Positions 1 to 13,673 of a stretch of 64,000 nt of DNA are shown piece by piece. The number at the start of each line of letters is the position of its first letter. Position 1 is the stretch's first letter. This stretch comes from Octopus vulgaris (Eukaryota). A model generated the notes under the pieces. The model did no database searches. It saw only the letters and a list, made by a program, of their open reading frames with translations, and was not told where the DNA came from. Location of the stretch: NCBI GenBank assembly GCA_951406725.2, contig OX597836.1, forward strand, positions 27,280,001-27,344,000. The letters run 5' to 3'. The position numbers and the translations under genes were made by a program.

Positions 1-29
1 CTGAAACAAGTAAAAGAGAGTAACACGTT

Positions 30-690
30 TATACAGCTCTGTTGAACACCTGAAGGAATTCTGAAAGGATTAGAATTATTGCCCTAACAGTAAACTTTTG
101 CTCATATAGAGCTGTAATGTCCTCTAATTAGATTCAGCAGGTAATCCACTTGCAATCATGATATCTCAGTATAATGTGGTTGACAGAATTAATGGCAATT
201 GTGAAATCCTCAAAGACAATGAATTTTTGTTTTAGCTTCAATGCATCATCTGTCCTATGGAAACCAAACTGATTCAGTTATAGACATTGACTACACCATT
301 ATCATTTAACGTCTGTCTTCCAAGCTGGCATGGGTTGAGAAATCTGCTCAGCAGGATGATATCTTGGCTACAGTGTCTACCACATGGATGCCCCATTAAT
401 TACAGCATGAATGTTTATCACCCTTCTTAAAAGAAACTAAGAACTACATCCATCATTCCAGTCTTGTAGAAGAGATTCCATGTTCCAGAGCAAGTGATCA
501 CAAGGAGTAGCCATGGTGCCAAGATAAGAACAGGTTTGAAAACCTTGAAGTGTAGAACATTTTCATCTGGACCCTTCTTCAGATTGTGCATTGTCCCGTG
601 CACTTCCCTTATGGTTGGTGCATCTGTATTGCATATGTAAAAAATGGTATTTGTGGAGCTTATGCGTGGTCAGTTAGCAGGTGAGTCATT
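30..690 (-). mobile_element. Heavily decayed RTE-type LINE reverse transcriptase fragment
   Basis: Minus-strand frames give FKKGDKHSCCN*WGIHVVDTVAKI (cf. KKGD..C.NYRGI), QFGFHR and FIVFEDFTIAINSVNH (cf. FVDF.KAFDSV), with stops and frameshifts. Boundaries are approximate. Confidence 0.55.
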
Positions 691-1329
691 GCTGAGTAGG
701 ATCACCCGAGCTTGAAATAACTGCCCCCTGGTCGTTTCATTTGCAGTTTGAAAAACTGGCACAATTTTTGTGAGTTTCTGTAGGTGTATCTCCTAAGTTT
801 AGGGCAACAGTCGGCGTGCGTTAGAGCAATAGTCTGCTTATGTTCATTATGATTAAGTTTGTCTTGAGTGGTTGATAAGTGATAGCCGTGTTAATAGCGG
901 CCTTCTCAGCAAGTTGCCCTAATATCCAAACTTTTCAATTACACTTAGTAACTAAATCTTAAGTTTTCTGCTTCGATACCCATGACAGCTGGACCATGGA
1001 GTGGGGAAATTATAAGGGATTTTAGGTTATAACGCCATGTTCTTTCACACCCGGATCTATTTAGAGATGTCCGTTAAGTAAGAGGACGCACGGGAGGGAG
1101 TTCTTTGAGTAGCGGAACATGCCATATGGATCGACCATGCCAGAGGAAGGTCAACGTCAGCTGTCCAGTTCTGTAGATACCGATCATATATGCAAGGGTA
1201 CGCCGGAACTGGATGAAAGTTAACTTATATATATATAAATTACACATACACACACACATATGTATGTAAGTATACACACACACACATGTATGTATGTAAG
1301 TATACACACACACATGGCTAATATCTTTT

Positions 1330-1374
1330 GTCATCTGAAAGAACGCATAGACGCGGGAAACTCCGAGTAGCGAC
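1330..1374 (+). ncRNA. Degenerate minimal hammerhead ribozyme-like motif (Penelope-type)
   Basis: GTCAT-CTGAAAGA-ACGC ATAGAC GCGG-GAAAC-TCCGA-GTA-GCGAC. The core has one extra A and stem I has mismatches. Confidence 0.4.
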
Positions 1375-3121
1375 TTCGTCAATCACCAGCTTCCAGTGTC
1401 TATATATCATATATATTTATGGTATATATGTTGCAGTGTGGTCACATTTATAGAAATAACATCAATCTCTACCAGCAGGCATTCATCTACACCAATAAAT
1501 ACATAATGTAATAGAGAAACAGATCTATTTATTTATCTGTATCGGTGCACGCACATACACAAACACACATGCCTATATATATATATATATATATATATAC
1601 ACGCACGCACACATCTGTGCATACACATACACATGCGAGGAACTAAATATACAAACACGGTGTAGGAGGAAACTGTGTCACTGTACATATTTAGAACCGT
1701 CAGTGTCAGCAGCAACAGCAGTCCCCCACCCACCGTTTCCGAGACCATACACACACACACATACATACAATCATAGATTTCAGTATGTGTATGTGAGCGT
1801 GTGTAAACACACACATTCACATACAAATGCACACATATGTGTACAAGTATGCGCGTGTGTAAACATGTGTGTGTGTGTGTGTATGTATGTGTTGATGGAA
1901 GAGATCGTAAAAGAAAAAAAGGAAAAACATTATCATTATCATTACAAGCAGCAGTGGGATAACTTTTATGATGATTGTCAATAACAATAATAGTAAATTA
2001 GAAATATCGTTGAGGATTAGGTTGACGATATGGTGGTTACCTTGAAGAAGTGGAGGCGAGTTTAGAAGCCAATGGACGCGTGGATATACAGCTTGTGTGG
2101 GACATCGCCTTTAACCAAAATAATAAACCAAAAGGAAAACACGCACTAAGCCAGCCAACATTGGTGTGTTTGGGCCCCACGACCCACGAAACATCTGAGG
2201 TGAGTGTCAGATCTAAGCAGGGAGAAAGGGGTGAGAGACGTGGTTGGAGGAAAGAGGAAGAGAGAGAGAGAAAGAATAGAGAGGGAGACGAGAGAGGACA
2301 TATGTAGAAAGAAAGAGAGAGGACGTGTATATGTGTGTGTGTGTGTGTGTTTATTTATATATAGAGAGAGGGGGAGATATAAGGATTGTAATAGAGGATG
2401 AGTGAGAGGAGAAGCCATGATAAAGAGTGGTGCCCAACGTAGTCGAGGTAGCTCCTATATGGTAGATTCGTTTGCTAGAAATAGCATCCAAATGTCTTCA
2501 AATTTTAGACTTTATGTTAAAAAAGCAAGGACATTAGATAGTAACAGTCTTAAACATAATGTCTTATTAAAGAAAAATATTTACACACGCTTTTGATCCA
2601 AAGCCTAACGAAACAACACTACAACCCTCAGATCCAACGAAAGGAGGGGAGAGCCTAAACGTGATCGCACGATTCACTAGAAATAACAGCCAAATCTCTC
2701 TTAAATTACGGCACTGCCTTCTTTAAAGAAAGTCACATTGGCTAGTGTATTCTTAGTTGCACAAGGTCTGAATAAAAAAACAGGATGGTTATGGTTGGAA
2801 CGTCTTTGAGCATAGATATTATAGATCAGACCTGATATGGGGCGAAGTAACGACAATACACTATATAAATACGCGCCGCGTGTACACAGAATGCTGTGTG
2901 CCGCGTCATCAAAGATTGGGGCCTTGGAAATAGTTTGGTCTAGATTCCAGGCAAGTCGCGCCTGGTAATTCTACCTCGAGGTTCTCATTGTGATCGGCAG
3001 TGTGTAGAAGAAACATTCCTTCTTTTTTTTAAATTTTTAATGTTAGAATATGAAATCATGGCACCTGGAAGGTGTCAGCTGTTTCTACCGGCCTCAAGCT
3101 CGCGCGCACACACACTCACAA

Positions 3122-3292
3122 ATACATACATACATACATACATACATACATACATACATACATACATACATACATACATACATACATACATACATACATA
3201 CATACATACATACATACATACATACATACATACATACATACATACATACATACATACATACATACATACATACATACATACATACATACATA
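3122..3292. repeat. (CATA)n microsatellite
   Basis: Pure tetranucleotide tract seen directly. Confidence 0.97.
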
Positions 3293-4097
3293 GGCATACC
3301 TACACAAGTGTGCCCCGCCTGTCCAACTTCGCTCACAAGCTTTCAAAGAAATGGTTATTTTTTAATAAAATTCTCTACAAATATCTTTCAGATGGTGTAT
3401 ATTCTGATTACATCGGAATTTAATATAAATAATAATGATAATAATCGGTGGGCGCGTGCAAATACATACTAACGACACACGTCACATACATATCTACAAA
3501 ATGAAAATTGAAATTTTGAAAAAATTCATACGATGAGTGTGCACCCGCAATTTTTTATTATTATTATTGTTATTAATATTATTAGTATTATTATTAAATT
3601 CCGATATAATCATCATCTGAAAAATATATATAGAAAATTTAATCAAAAATTATTAATTTTTCTGCAAGTTATGAAACAAAATCAGTTGAATCACCCTAAG
3701 CTAAGTTCCTTAACATGGAAGAGATATTGACACAGTGTGGCCGCTACTGGTTTGGGTATGAGCAAAGAACAGGGAAAACTTGCTTGTAAAGAAGACTATT
3801 TTATTAACAGGTGGCTGGAGGTGGGAGAAATCGGAGTAGATTTCAGAGTGAGATACAAGGATGTGAGTAAAAATAACTTGAGACCCGCTGAGGGATCAGG
3901 GCAGCCCAAGACAGGGAAACTCAGGGAAGAGACCGATCCATCTATGATGGGAGAACTCGAGACCATACACGCGCACGCATACACACACATAAATAGATAG
4001 ATAGATAGATTGATAGATATAGATAGGCAGATAACGAGGTAGATAGATAAATAGATAGATATAGATAGATAGATAGATAGACAGACAGATGGCGAGG

Positions 4098-4133
<36 letters not shown>

Positions 4134-4134
4134 G

Positions 4135-4185
<51 letters not shown>

Positions 4186-5249
4186 AATTGTTCAATAGTA
4201 TATTTCTGGTTTTGGCATATAACAGGCCAGTCATATGCCATAACCAGCAAGACACTGCCGGACAATATAAAACTTTAATTATTCAAATTCTCCTTCAGTG
4301 TGTGTTTGTGTGTACAAATGCAAACGTACACATAATGTCACCGCTTAACCATTAATGTTTACTGAGCTATATATGGTCGCACATACTGTTAGTAATAGCT
4401 CAAAACCATACTATACCGTGCCGCCTTAGAGAAGGTCAGGTACGATAACGTGGTCCCAGATTTATCTGCACGGTTTCTTTCGTCATAAGTCGCCTTACTC
4501 AATTAAGATTAACCCGCGGCTAAACAACAACATTGCTAATTTGGCGGCATGCTTGTTAATCTTCGCATGGTTCTTATATCTTTCTCATGTAACACTATCA
4601 GCCTTACATTCGTCCAGTCACCATCTGCCAACCAGCCACTCACCCACCTGTACACTGTTCAGTGAGGTTTTATATTGCTTACGTTTACCTGCCGATCTTA
4701 ATAAACGGAGGTAGTTGAGGACGTGGCATCGTTCAAGATGTGTAAATAAAACGATAATTACAAATAAGAATGTTATATATTCTTTGTATTTCTTTGTAAT
4801 TTAAAAAGCACAGGTGGGTCTGGATCTATCGAACACAATCATTTGCGCATATCACGCTGTGGTCGCGAACCCGGAACCTCGTAATTGAGAAGCGAATAAC
4901 TTGAACATTCAGCCATACCGATTTATTATTATTTTTATTCATACGTTTACATACATGCATGCACACACACACACACACACATACAAAATGGTTGAAATAT
5001 GAGCTTGAAGGGAATCAGAAAAAAAGTGTAGCATCCATGTTAATGAATGTGGGAATCGTAGGCGAATGACCAATACATGTGGCATTGAATCAATCCTGAT
5101 GAAGTCCAACATTTTAGAACACCATGTGCCAGACATCTCAATGAGAAACAGGAGTATGCAAAGCAGCATGCAGCAACCAGTGTGTGTGTATAATATATTA
5201 ATATATATGTATGTGTGTGTGTGTGTGTGTAGATATATATATATATATA

Positions 5250-5650
5250 TCATCATCATCGTTTAACGTCCGCTTTCCATGCTAGCATGGGTTGGACGGT
5301 TCAACTGGGGTCTGGGAAGCCTGAAGGCTGCACCAGGCCAGTCAGATCTGGCAGTGTTTCTACAGCTGGATGCCCTTCCTAACGCCAACCACTCCGTGAG
5401 TGTAGTGGGTGCTTTTTATGTGCCACCGACACAGGTGCCAGACGAGGCTGGCGAACGGCCATGGTGATTTTTACGTGTCACTGGCATGGAGGCCAGGCAA
5501 GGCTGGCAACGGCCACGATCGGATGGTGTTTGTTAAGTGCCACCGGCATGGAGGCCAGTCGATGCGGTGCTGGCTACGGCCACGTTCGAATGGTTCTCTT
5601 ATGTGCCACCGGCACTGGTACCACAACTACAAATTCCATTGATGTTGATC
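5250..5650 (-). mobile_element. RTE LINE 3' UTR module ending in (GAT)n
   Basis: Reverse complement of the GGTGGCAC..AAAAAGCACC units + GGCGTTAGGAAGGGCATCCAGCTGTAGAAAC + GGACGTTAAACGATGATG module. This module is physically joined to RTE ORF ends at 37610-38300 and 39348-40180. Confidence 0.75.
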
Positions 5651-5695
5651 GATTTCGATATATATATATAATATATTAATACATGTGTGTGTGAG

Positions 5696-5920
5696 GGTGG
5701 TGAGCTGGCAGAATCATTAGCATATCGGGCGAAATGCTTAGCAGTATTTCGGCTGCCGTCATGAGTTCAAATTCTGCCACGGTCAACTTTGCTTTTCATC
5801 CTTTCGGGGTCGATTAAATAAGTACCAGTTACATACTGGTGTCGATGTAATCAACTTAATCCTTTTTGTCTGTCCTTGTTTGTCCCCTCTATGTTTAACC
5901 CCCTGTGGACAATAAATAAA
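5696..5920 (+). mobile_element. tRNA-derived SINE, family A
   Basis: GG(C/T)GAGCTGGCAGAA A-box, GTTCAAATTC B-box, and central TTTCATCCTTTCGGGGTCGAT..AAGTACCAG domain. Many copies in the window. Confidence 0.8.
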
Positions 5921-6564
5921 TATATATTCCCTTTTGTTCTTGGGAAAACAAAGCATCAGAAAGCAAAACCTGGTGCCAGTCCTGCTTCTCCTCAGTTCAA
6001 AAATTTGAGCAAAATCAACTCCAAAACTGAGATCAACTTCATGCAAGCATGAAGACACGCTGGCAAAATGCTGCTCCTCTAAATGAAAACCTTACCTGTC
6101 ATTGTGGTTTTGTGGCATGAAGCATAGCAGGCCTGGCCATTCACTCAAAAAAACACAGAGTAAATAATCCACAAACACTCAAACAAACTGAGTGCTCAAC
6201 TTGTTCCATTTGCCAAAAGGTTTGCAAGGAACCAGCAGGCCTCAAGAAACTCATTCATGTTCATTGAACAGGATCAATGCTTTTTTTACTCTCATTTATC
6301 GCCCATGACAAGAGAATCCAATATATATATATATATATATATATCTTTACTCTTTTACTTGTTTCAGTTATGTGACTGTGGCCATGCTGGAGCATCGCCT
6401 TCAGTCGAGCAAATCGACCCCAGAGTTTATTCTTTGTAAGCCTAGTACTTATTCTGCCGGTCCCTTTTGCTGAACCGCTAAGTTACGAGGACGTAAACAC
6501 ACCAGCATCGGTTGTCAAGCGATGTTGGGGGAACAAACACAGATACACAAACATATACACACAC

Positions 6565-6603
<39 letters not shown>

Positions 6604-6604
6604 C

Positions 6605-6710
6605 AAGCCTCATACAATCTGCCTTTCACCCAGAGTGCAAAGCCTTTCATTACAAACGGAGGTAATAATTTTCTGAACTTTCTCCAGCCAGTTCTTATCC
6701 TAGCAATTTC
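6605..6710 (-). mobile_element. RTE LINE ORF fragment
   Basis: EIARIRTGWRKFRKLLPPFVMKGFALWVKGRLYEAC, a typical post-RT segment of RTE elements. Confidence 0.7.
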
Positions 6711-6721
6711 CCACATATGTA

Positions 6722-6758
<37 letters not shown>

Positions 6759-6769
6759 CTATGCTAGGG

Positions 6770-7335
6770 GTGTAACCAGTCCACTTATGCATGCCTTTTC
6801 TTCATTGGACACTAAACTCTGCTTGCGAAGACCAGTTGAGGCAAGTGAAATCGAAATCAAAGTCAAAATCAAACTCGGTGACTGGCATCCGTTGCTAGTG
6901 GAGCACTAAGAGTACCATATGAGTGAGATCGTTGCCAGAGCAACAAGCTGGCCTTCATGCCAATGGCATGTTAAGCACACCATTCGAGCGTGATCGTTAC
7001 CGAGTTGCCTTACAAGCACTTGTGCTGGTGGCACGTGAAACATTTGAGTGAGGTCGTCACCAGTTCCACTGGACTGGCTCCTGTGCAGGTGGCACATAAA
7101 AAGCACCATTTGGGAGTGGCCATTGCCAGTACCACCAAACTGGCCCTCGTGCCGGTGGCATGTAAAAGGTTAAGGATATAAAAGCATCAACTACACTCTC
7201 GGAGTGGTTGGCATTAGGAAGAGTATCCAGCTGTAGAAACTCTGCCAGATCAGATTGGAGTTTGGTTCGCCAGACCTCAGTCAAATCGTCCAATCCATGC
7301 TAGCATGGAAAGTAGACATCAAATGATGATGATGA
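6770..7335 (+). mobile_element. RTE LINE 3' UTR module
   Basis: Matches the UTR that follows the RTE ORF at 39348-39990 (GAGGCAAGTGAAAT, GGTGGCAC units, (GAT)n tail). Confidence 0.7.
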
Positions 7336-7612
7336 TATATATATATATATATACATATATGTAAAAGCGCCTGTGCAATGCTGTGTAACAGTGCTTGTGT
7401 GATGCCATATAATAGTGCCCATGCAGTGGTATGTAAAAGCACCCAGCACATTCTGCAAAGTGGTTGGTGTTAGGAAGGGCATCCAGCCATAGAAATCATG
7501 CCCAAACAGACTGGGGTCTGGTGTAGCCTACCAGCTTGGTCAAACTGTTCAACCCATGCCAGCATGGACAACAGATGATGATGATGATGATACATATAAA
7601 ACACATATATAT

Positions 7613-7663
<51 letters not shown>

Positions 7664-7969
7664 TGCATAAATATATATTCATATATATGTACAAACGTAT
7701 TAGTTTCAAGTGTTTCTTTACCATCAGGCTAAGGAAATAAATAGGAAGGAGAAGGTTGTGAAATGACAGTAAAAGTAAAATGAAAGTGAGTAGAAGGACG
7801 AGGAGAATATGTGTCATACTTAACTGGAGTAGTATACAGGGAAAGAGTAAGAGAATTCAAATGAGAGTGAATTGGAGTGAGCAGTATGACAAGGAATAAC
7901 AGGTATATTGACAGAAAATCAGATAATAACTGTATCCCTAACCTTATATACACAGATATGCACATTCTT

Positions 7970-8440
7970 TTATTATTTTACTTGTTTCAGTCATCTTGAC
8001 TGCAGCCATGCTGGAGCACCACATTTAGTCGAACAAATCGACCCCAGAATTTATTCTTTGTAAGCCTAGCACTTATCCTATGGGTCTCTTTTGCTGAACC
8101 GCTAAGTTATGGGGACATAAACACACCAACATCGGTTGTTAAGCGATGGCGAGGGGACAAACACAGACACACACACATAAAGTAACAAACTGAGGAAAAG
8201 GAATCTTTCAAAGGGGTGTGTTAGACATCCAGTTCACTGGTACATCAGTTGGATACCATATAACTTTATACACACACACACATACATATATTTATACAAA
8301 GAGCTTCTCTCAGTTTCCGTCTACCAAATCCACTCACAAGGCTTTGGTTGGCCCGAGGCTATAGTAGAAGACATTTAACCAAAGTGCCACGCAGTGGCAC
8401 TGAACCTGGAACCATGTGGTTTGATAAGCAAGCTACTTAC
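7970..8440 (-). mobile_element. tRNA-derived SINE, family B
   Basis: Reverse complement of GTAAGTAGCTTGCTT...GGTTCAGT...GTGGATTTGGTAGACGGAAACTGA...TGCTCCAGCATGG...GACTGAAACAAGTAAAA. Confidence 0.75.
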
Positions 8441-9017
8441 CATACAATGCGTAGATATAAGGATATAATATATATATGTATATTTATATATAGACACATA
8501 CTACATATATACTGACATTTCTCTGTGATTATAAAGTTAGCGTCCCAACTACATGGTTGTGGGTTCAGTCCCACAGCAAAGCACCTTTGATGAGTGTCTT
8601 CTGCGATAGACTGGGGCCGATGAAAGGCCATGTGGGTAGATTTGGTAAAGCAGAATGATAAGAAACCCCCTTATACATGTACTCATATATGTGCACACAC
8701 ATACACATGTATATGTGTGTGTGTGTGTGTGTGTGTATAAATGTATGTATGTATGTAGTTCTCTTTCTCCTTTTTGATTAAGAATTACTTTTCACTGGTC
8801 ACCTACTCATTAGCAAGGGTGTGAAAGAAAGCATCTTGTTTTCTTAATCATCCTTTAAATCTTAAGAAGGTGTTGCAGACTTTTATAATCCCAGATATTT
8901 CTTACCATTTGTAGTGTATGAATTAAAGATTTGCATTCTCTCCCCCAAAACCTAAGTCCAGCCCTACGTTCCTCCAGACAGAGTTATAATAATAATAAAA
9001 ATAATAATAATGAAATT

Positions 9018-9393
9018 CATGCCGGTGGCACGTAAAAAGCACCATCCGTTCGTGGCCGTTGCCAGCCTCGCCTGGCCCCCGTGCCGGTGGCATGTAAAAA
9101 GCACCATCCATTGGTGGCTGTTGCAGGCCCCGCCTGGCCCCCGTGCCGGTGGCATGTAAAAAGCACCATCCGTCCGTGGCCGTTTGCCAGCCCCGTCTGG
9201 CACCTGGTGCGGGTGGCACGTAAAAAGCACCCACTACACTCACGGAGTGGTTGGTGTTAGGAAGGGCATCCAGCTGTAGAAACACTGCCAGATCAGACTG
9301 GGCCTGATGCAGCCTTCTGGCTTCCCAGACCCCAGTTGAACCGTCCAACCCATGCTAGCATGGAAAGCAGACGCTAAATGATGATGATGATGA
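9018..9393 (+). mobile_element. RTE LINE 3' UTR module with four tandem ~62-bp units
   Basis: Four (C/G)TGCNGGTGGCA(C/T)GTAAAAAGCACC units, then GGAAGGGCATCCAGCTGTAGAAAC and a (GAT)n tail. Confidence 0.8.
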
Positions 9394-9394
9394 T

Positions 9395-9647
9395 TGTATA
9401 CAGTGCTCAGGTGCACCACAACTTGTCAAAAGTGCATATAAAGCATATGCAGTAATGTACAAATGTCTGGGAAGTGAACAATGCATGAGTGAGATACATG
9501 CTTGCGTGTGTATGGAGGGGAGAAAAATCAGGTGTAGTGTTGGCGAATCTCAGGAAGCATGGAAGTTTTGAAGGATGCAGTGCTCCGACAACTAACAACT
9601 GATGCCGGCAGTTTGTTCCATACTTCAGCAACTCTTAGCATGAAAAA
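9395..9647 (-). mobile_element. CR1-type LINE 3' end
   Basis: FFMLRVAEVWNKLPASVVSCRSTASFKTSMLPEIRQHYT* matches the CR1/L2 C-terminal FF..RV...WN.LP..VV motif, followed by a 3' UTR. Confidence 0.75.
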
Positions 9648-10094
9648 TTGTTATAGGTTCATAAAACCTGAGCCATATGTTGATAAGGCTGTTTTCCAGA
9701 TTCCGTAGATCCATTTTCTGGATTTTGTGGTATATATTATATTCCACTCACATCACAAAATTATTCATTTTAGCCAGCAGAATGGACAAGGGGAATATGA
9801 AACAAAAGTATTTTGCTTAAGAATACAATACTTAGTTCTATCCAGAATTTGAAACAACAACCTTACAATCATCAGTGAAACACACTAACCTCTAAACCTC
9901 ACGCTTCCATATATAGTAAGATGGTGAGTCACATTTACCTCTGTCTGTAATCTTCCACTCTCAGACAATACTGAGTACGCAATAAAAAGAATTTCATACA
10001 ACCTTCCAAACTTTTTTTACAGACGAACTATAATTACTTCCATTAAATTGGTGACAAATGGTATAGGAATCAAATGATACTATTCAATAAATTA

Positions 10095-10128
<34 letters not shown>

Positions 10129-10896
10129 TAATGGTTTCAAATTTTGGCACAAGGCCAGGAATTTTTGGGGGTGGGGTGGGGGGTAGGAGTAAGTTGGTTA
10201 CATTGACCCCGGTGCTTGAAAGGTAAAGTTGACCTTGGTGGCATTTAAATTCGACATAAAGAGCTGGAAGAAATTCTGCTTAGCATTTGTTTCTGCCAAC
10301 TCATTGTTTTGATAATACAAATAATGGTTACAGATGTTGGCTGAAGGCCAGTGATTTGAGGGGAGGGGCAAGTTGATTACATCAACCCACAGTGTTCCAC
10401 TGGTACTTATTTTATTGGCCCTGAAAGGTCGAAAAGCAAAGTCGGCCCTGACAGAATTTGAACTGAGAAGAAATGGAAGAAATTGTGCAAAGTATTTTTT
10501 CCCAACGTGGTTGCGATTTAACCAGTTCCCTACCTTCATTGTAATAAACCTTTCTATTATTGGCGCAAGGCCTGAAATTTGGGGGAGGGGAATAGGTGTT
10601 TACATTGTCCCCCAGTATTCAACTGGTACTTAATTTATCAACCCTGAAAAGATAAAAAGTAAAGTTGACCTTGGTGGAATTTGAACTCAGAATGTAGCAA
10701 GAGGCAAAATACCACTAAGCATTTCGTCCAGCATGCTAACGACTCTGTCAATGCCCCTTACCTTGATTGTAATAATAGCAAAGGCAGTAAGCTGGCAGAA
10801 TCGTTAGCATGCTGGGCAAAATGCTGCCTTGACATTCTGAGTTCAAATTCTGCCAAAATCAACTTTGCCTTTCATACTTTCTGTGTCGATAAATTA

Positions 10897-11059
10897 CCAT
10901 ATTTTAAGATGTATAAGGAACCCTCTAATTTTTGGGGGCTTAAAATTTGGAAAAAAAGTTTTGTAAGGGATTATGATGCTATCCATGTATAAGAAACTCC
11001 CATAATTTTTAAACCTTATTTTTGACAAAAAAGGGTTCCTTATACACGTTAAAATACAG
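10897..11059. mobile_element. Tc1/mariner-superfamily MITE inserted in a family A SINE
   Basis: TIRs CCATATTTTAAGATGTATAAGGAACCCT / AGGGTTCCTTATACACGTTAAAATACAG. It splits the SINE motif GATAAATTA|AGTACCAG with a TA duplication. Confidence 0.8.
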
Positions 11060-11682
11060 TAAGTACCAGTGAAATACCGGGGTTGATGTAATTGATTAGT
11101 CCTCTCCCCTAAAATTTAAAGCCTTGTGCCTTTAGTAAAAAGGATTATTATTATTAAGGTGGTGAGCTGGTAGAATGGTTAGCAACATTTTGTCCATTGT
11201 AACATTCTGAGTTCAAATTCTGCCAGGGTTGACTTTGTCTTACATCCTTTTGGGGTTGATAAATTAAGTACCAATGAAATACTGGGGTCGATGTAATCAA
11301 CTAGTCCCCTTGCCCCATATTTCAGGCCTTGTGCTTTTTGTAGAAAGGATTATAATGATAACAATAAAAAGGAACAATAATGGTTTCAAAGTTAAGAACA
11401 AAGTTTGCAAATTTAGGGGGGAGGGTGCGAGTAAGTAAATTATACCAATCCCAGTATGTAACTGGTACTTTATTTTATAAACCCCAGAAAGATGAAAGAT
11501 CAAAGCTAACCTGAGCATGATTTGAACTCAGATCATAATGAACTGTAAGTAAATACCACCAGGTATTTTTTCTGATGTTTTATGATTCTGCCTACAATAA
11601 TCTTTTCTTTTATTGCATTGGATAAGATGACATTACAAGAGATAACCTACAAAAATAAAACAAACACACACACACATGTTGG

Positions 11683-11832
11683 TACAGGTGTAGCTGTGTG
11701 GTAAGAAGCTTGCTTCCCAACCACGTGGTTCTGGGTTCAGTCCCACTGTGTGACACCTTGGGCACATGTCTTCTACTATAGCCTTGGGCTATAATGGAGT
11801 TGGTAGACAGAAACTGAAAGAAGCCCGTCATG

Positions 11833-11863
<31 letters not shown>

Positions 11864-12030
11864 TTGACCGCCAACTGTCACTTGGCAACCATGTTTACAT
11901 CGCTGTAACTTAGTGATTCGGCAAAAGTAACCAATAGAATAAGTACTAGACTTACAAAGAATAAGTCCTGGGGTCGATTTGTTCAACTAAAAGTAGTGCT
12001 CCAGCATGGCCACAAAACACAAGTTCAAAA
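11683..12030 (+). mobile_element. SINE family B
   Basis: CAGGTGTAGCTGTGTGGTAAG...GGTTCAGTCCCACTG...CCTTGGGCA...GTGCTCCAGCATGGCC. Confidence 0.75.
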
Positions 12031-12169
12031 AACTAAAAAAAAAAAGTTTTAAATCCTCCAGTAATCAGATAAACAATCAAAAACAAAAAAAACATAATGC
12101 TTCCTTGTTTAACCCCAGGTCAACCCTAAATGAGCAGACCTTTGGTTACTGGTGTTTCTTATTTCTTCA

Positions 12170-12575
12170 TTGCCCACAAGGGGCTAAACATAGAGGAGAC
12201 GAACAAGGACAGACAAAGGGATTAAGTCGATTAGACCGACCCCAGTGCATAAGTGGTACTTAATTTATCGACCCCCGAAAGGATGAAAGGCAAAGTCAAC
12301 TTCGGTGGAATTTGAATTCAGAATGTAACAGCAGACGAAATACCTATTTCTTTACTACCCACAAGGGGCTAAACACAGAGAGGACAAACAAGGACAGACA
12401 AATGGATTAAGTCGATTACATCGACCCCAGTGCGTAACTGGTACTTAATTTATCAACCCTGGAAGGATGAAAGGCAAAGGCGACCTCGGCGGATTTTGAA
12501 TTCAGAATGTAGCGGCAGAGGAAATACCGCTAAGCATTTTGCCCGGTGTGCTAATGTTTCTGCCAGTTCGCCGCC
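12170..12575 (-). mobile_element. SINE family A, tandem dimer
   Basis: Two head-to-tail reverse-complement copies. Confidence 0.8.
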
Positions 12576-12782
12576 AGGTCACTGGTGTTTCTGTCATGAA
12601 CAGCAAGTTTTAATTCCTTTTTTTTCCTCTTTGTGGGCAATGGCTTTGTGGTAAGAAGTTTGCTTTCTAACAACCTGGTTTCAATTTCAATGCCACTGCA
12701 TCAGACCTTGAGCAAGTGTCTTCTATAATAGCCTTGCGCCAACCAAACCCTTTGCATGTGGATTTGGTGGAGAGAAACTAAA

Positions 12783-13200
12783 AGGTGGCGAGCTGGCAGA
12801 ATCGTTAGCACACCGTGCGAAATGCTTAGCGGTATTTTGTCTGTCGTTACGTTGTGAGTTCAAATTCCGCCGAGGTCGACTTTGCCTTTCATCCTTTCGG
12901 GGTCGATAAATTAAGTACAAGTTATGCACTGGGGTCGATGTAATCGACTTAATACCTATGTCTGTCCTTGTTTGTCCCCTCTATGTTTAGCCCCTTGTGG
13001 GTAATAAAGAAATAAGTATTTCAGCTGCCACTACATTCTGAGTTCAAATTCCACCGAGGTCGACTTTGCCTTTGATCCTTTCATGGTCGATTAAATAAGT
13101 ACCAGTTATGCACTGGGGTCGATATAATCGACTCAATCCGTTTGTCTGTCCTTGTTTGTCCCCTCTGTGTGTAGCCCATTGTGGGCAGTAAAGAAATAAG
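12783..13200 (+). mobile_element. SINE family A, tandem dimer
   Basis: Full copy plus a second copy lacking the A-box region. Confidence 0.8.
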
Positions 13201-13449
13201 AAACTAAAAGACGTCAAAATATACTTGTGTTGGTGCTATGTAGAGAAACGCCCATGCTGGTGCCACATAAAAAGCATCCAAGTTGGGTGGGTTGGCATGA
13301 GAAAAATCACCTGTGCTGGTGTCATGTACTGCTGGTGGTGTATGAAAAGCCCCCCATGCTGGTATCACGTACAAAGCACCCAGTACACTCTGTAAGGTGG
13401 TTGGCGTTAGTAAGGGCAAGCAGTTTTAGGAACCATTCCAAAACAGGAG

Positions 13450-13673
13450 TGTGGCCGTTCGCCAGCCTCGTCTGGCACCTGTGTCGGTGGCACATAAAAT
13501 CACCCACTACACTCTCGGAGTGGTTGGCGTTAGGAAGGGCATCCAGCTGTAGAAACACTGCCAGATCTGACTGGCCTGGTGCAGCCTTCGGGCTTGCCAG
13601 ACCCCAGTTGAACCGTTCAACCCATGCTAGCATGGAAAGCGGACGTTAAACGATGATGATGATGATGATGATG
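13450..13673 (+). mobile_element. RTE LINE 3' UTR module
   Basis: Same module as 9018-9393. Confidence 0.75.

Noticed and set aside
3355-3655. Imperfect AT-rich inverted repeat
   Set aside because: Old and low-complexity, with no hammerhead boxes or clear termini. It is probably a decayed MITE.
5696-5790. tRNA genes at SINE heads
   Set aside because: A/B boxes are present, but they are fused to SINE bodies and do not form complete cloverleafs.
9018-9232. CRISPR-like repeat-spacer pattern
   Set aside because: The spacers are related to each other, the array is part of an RTE 3' UTR in a eukaryote, and there are no cas genes.
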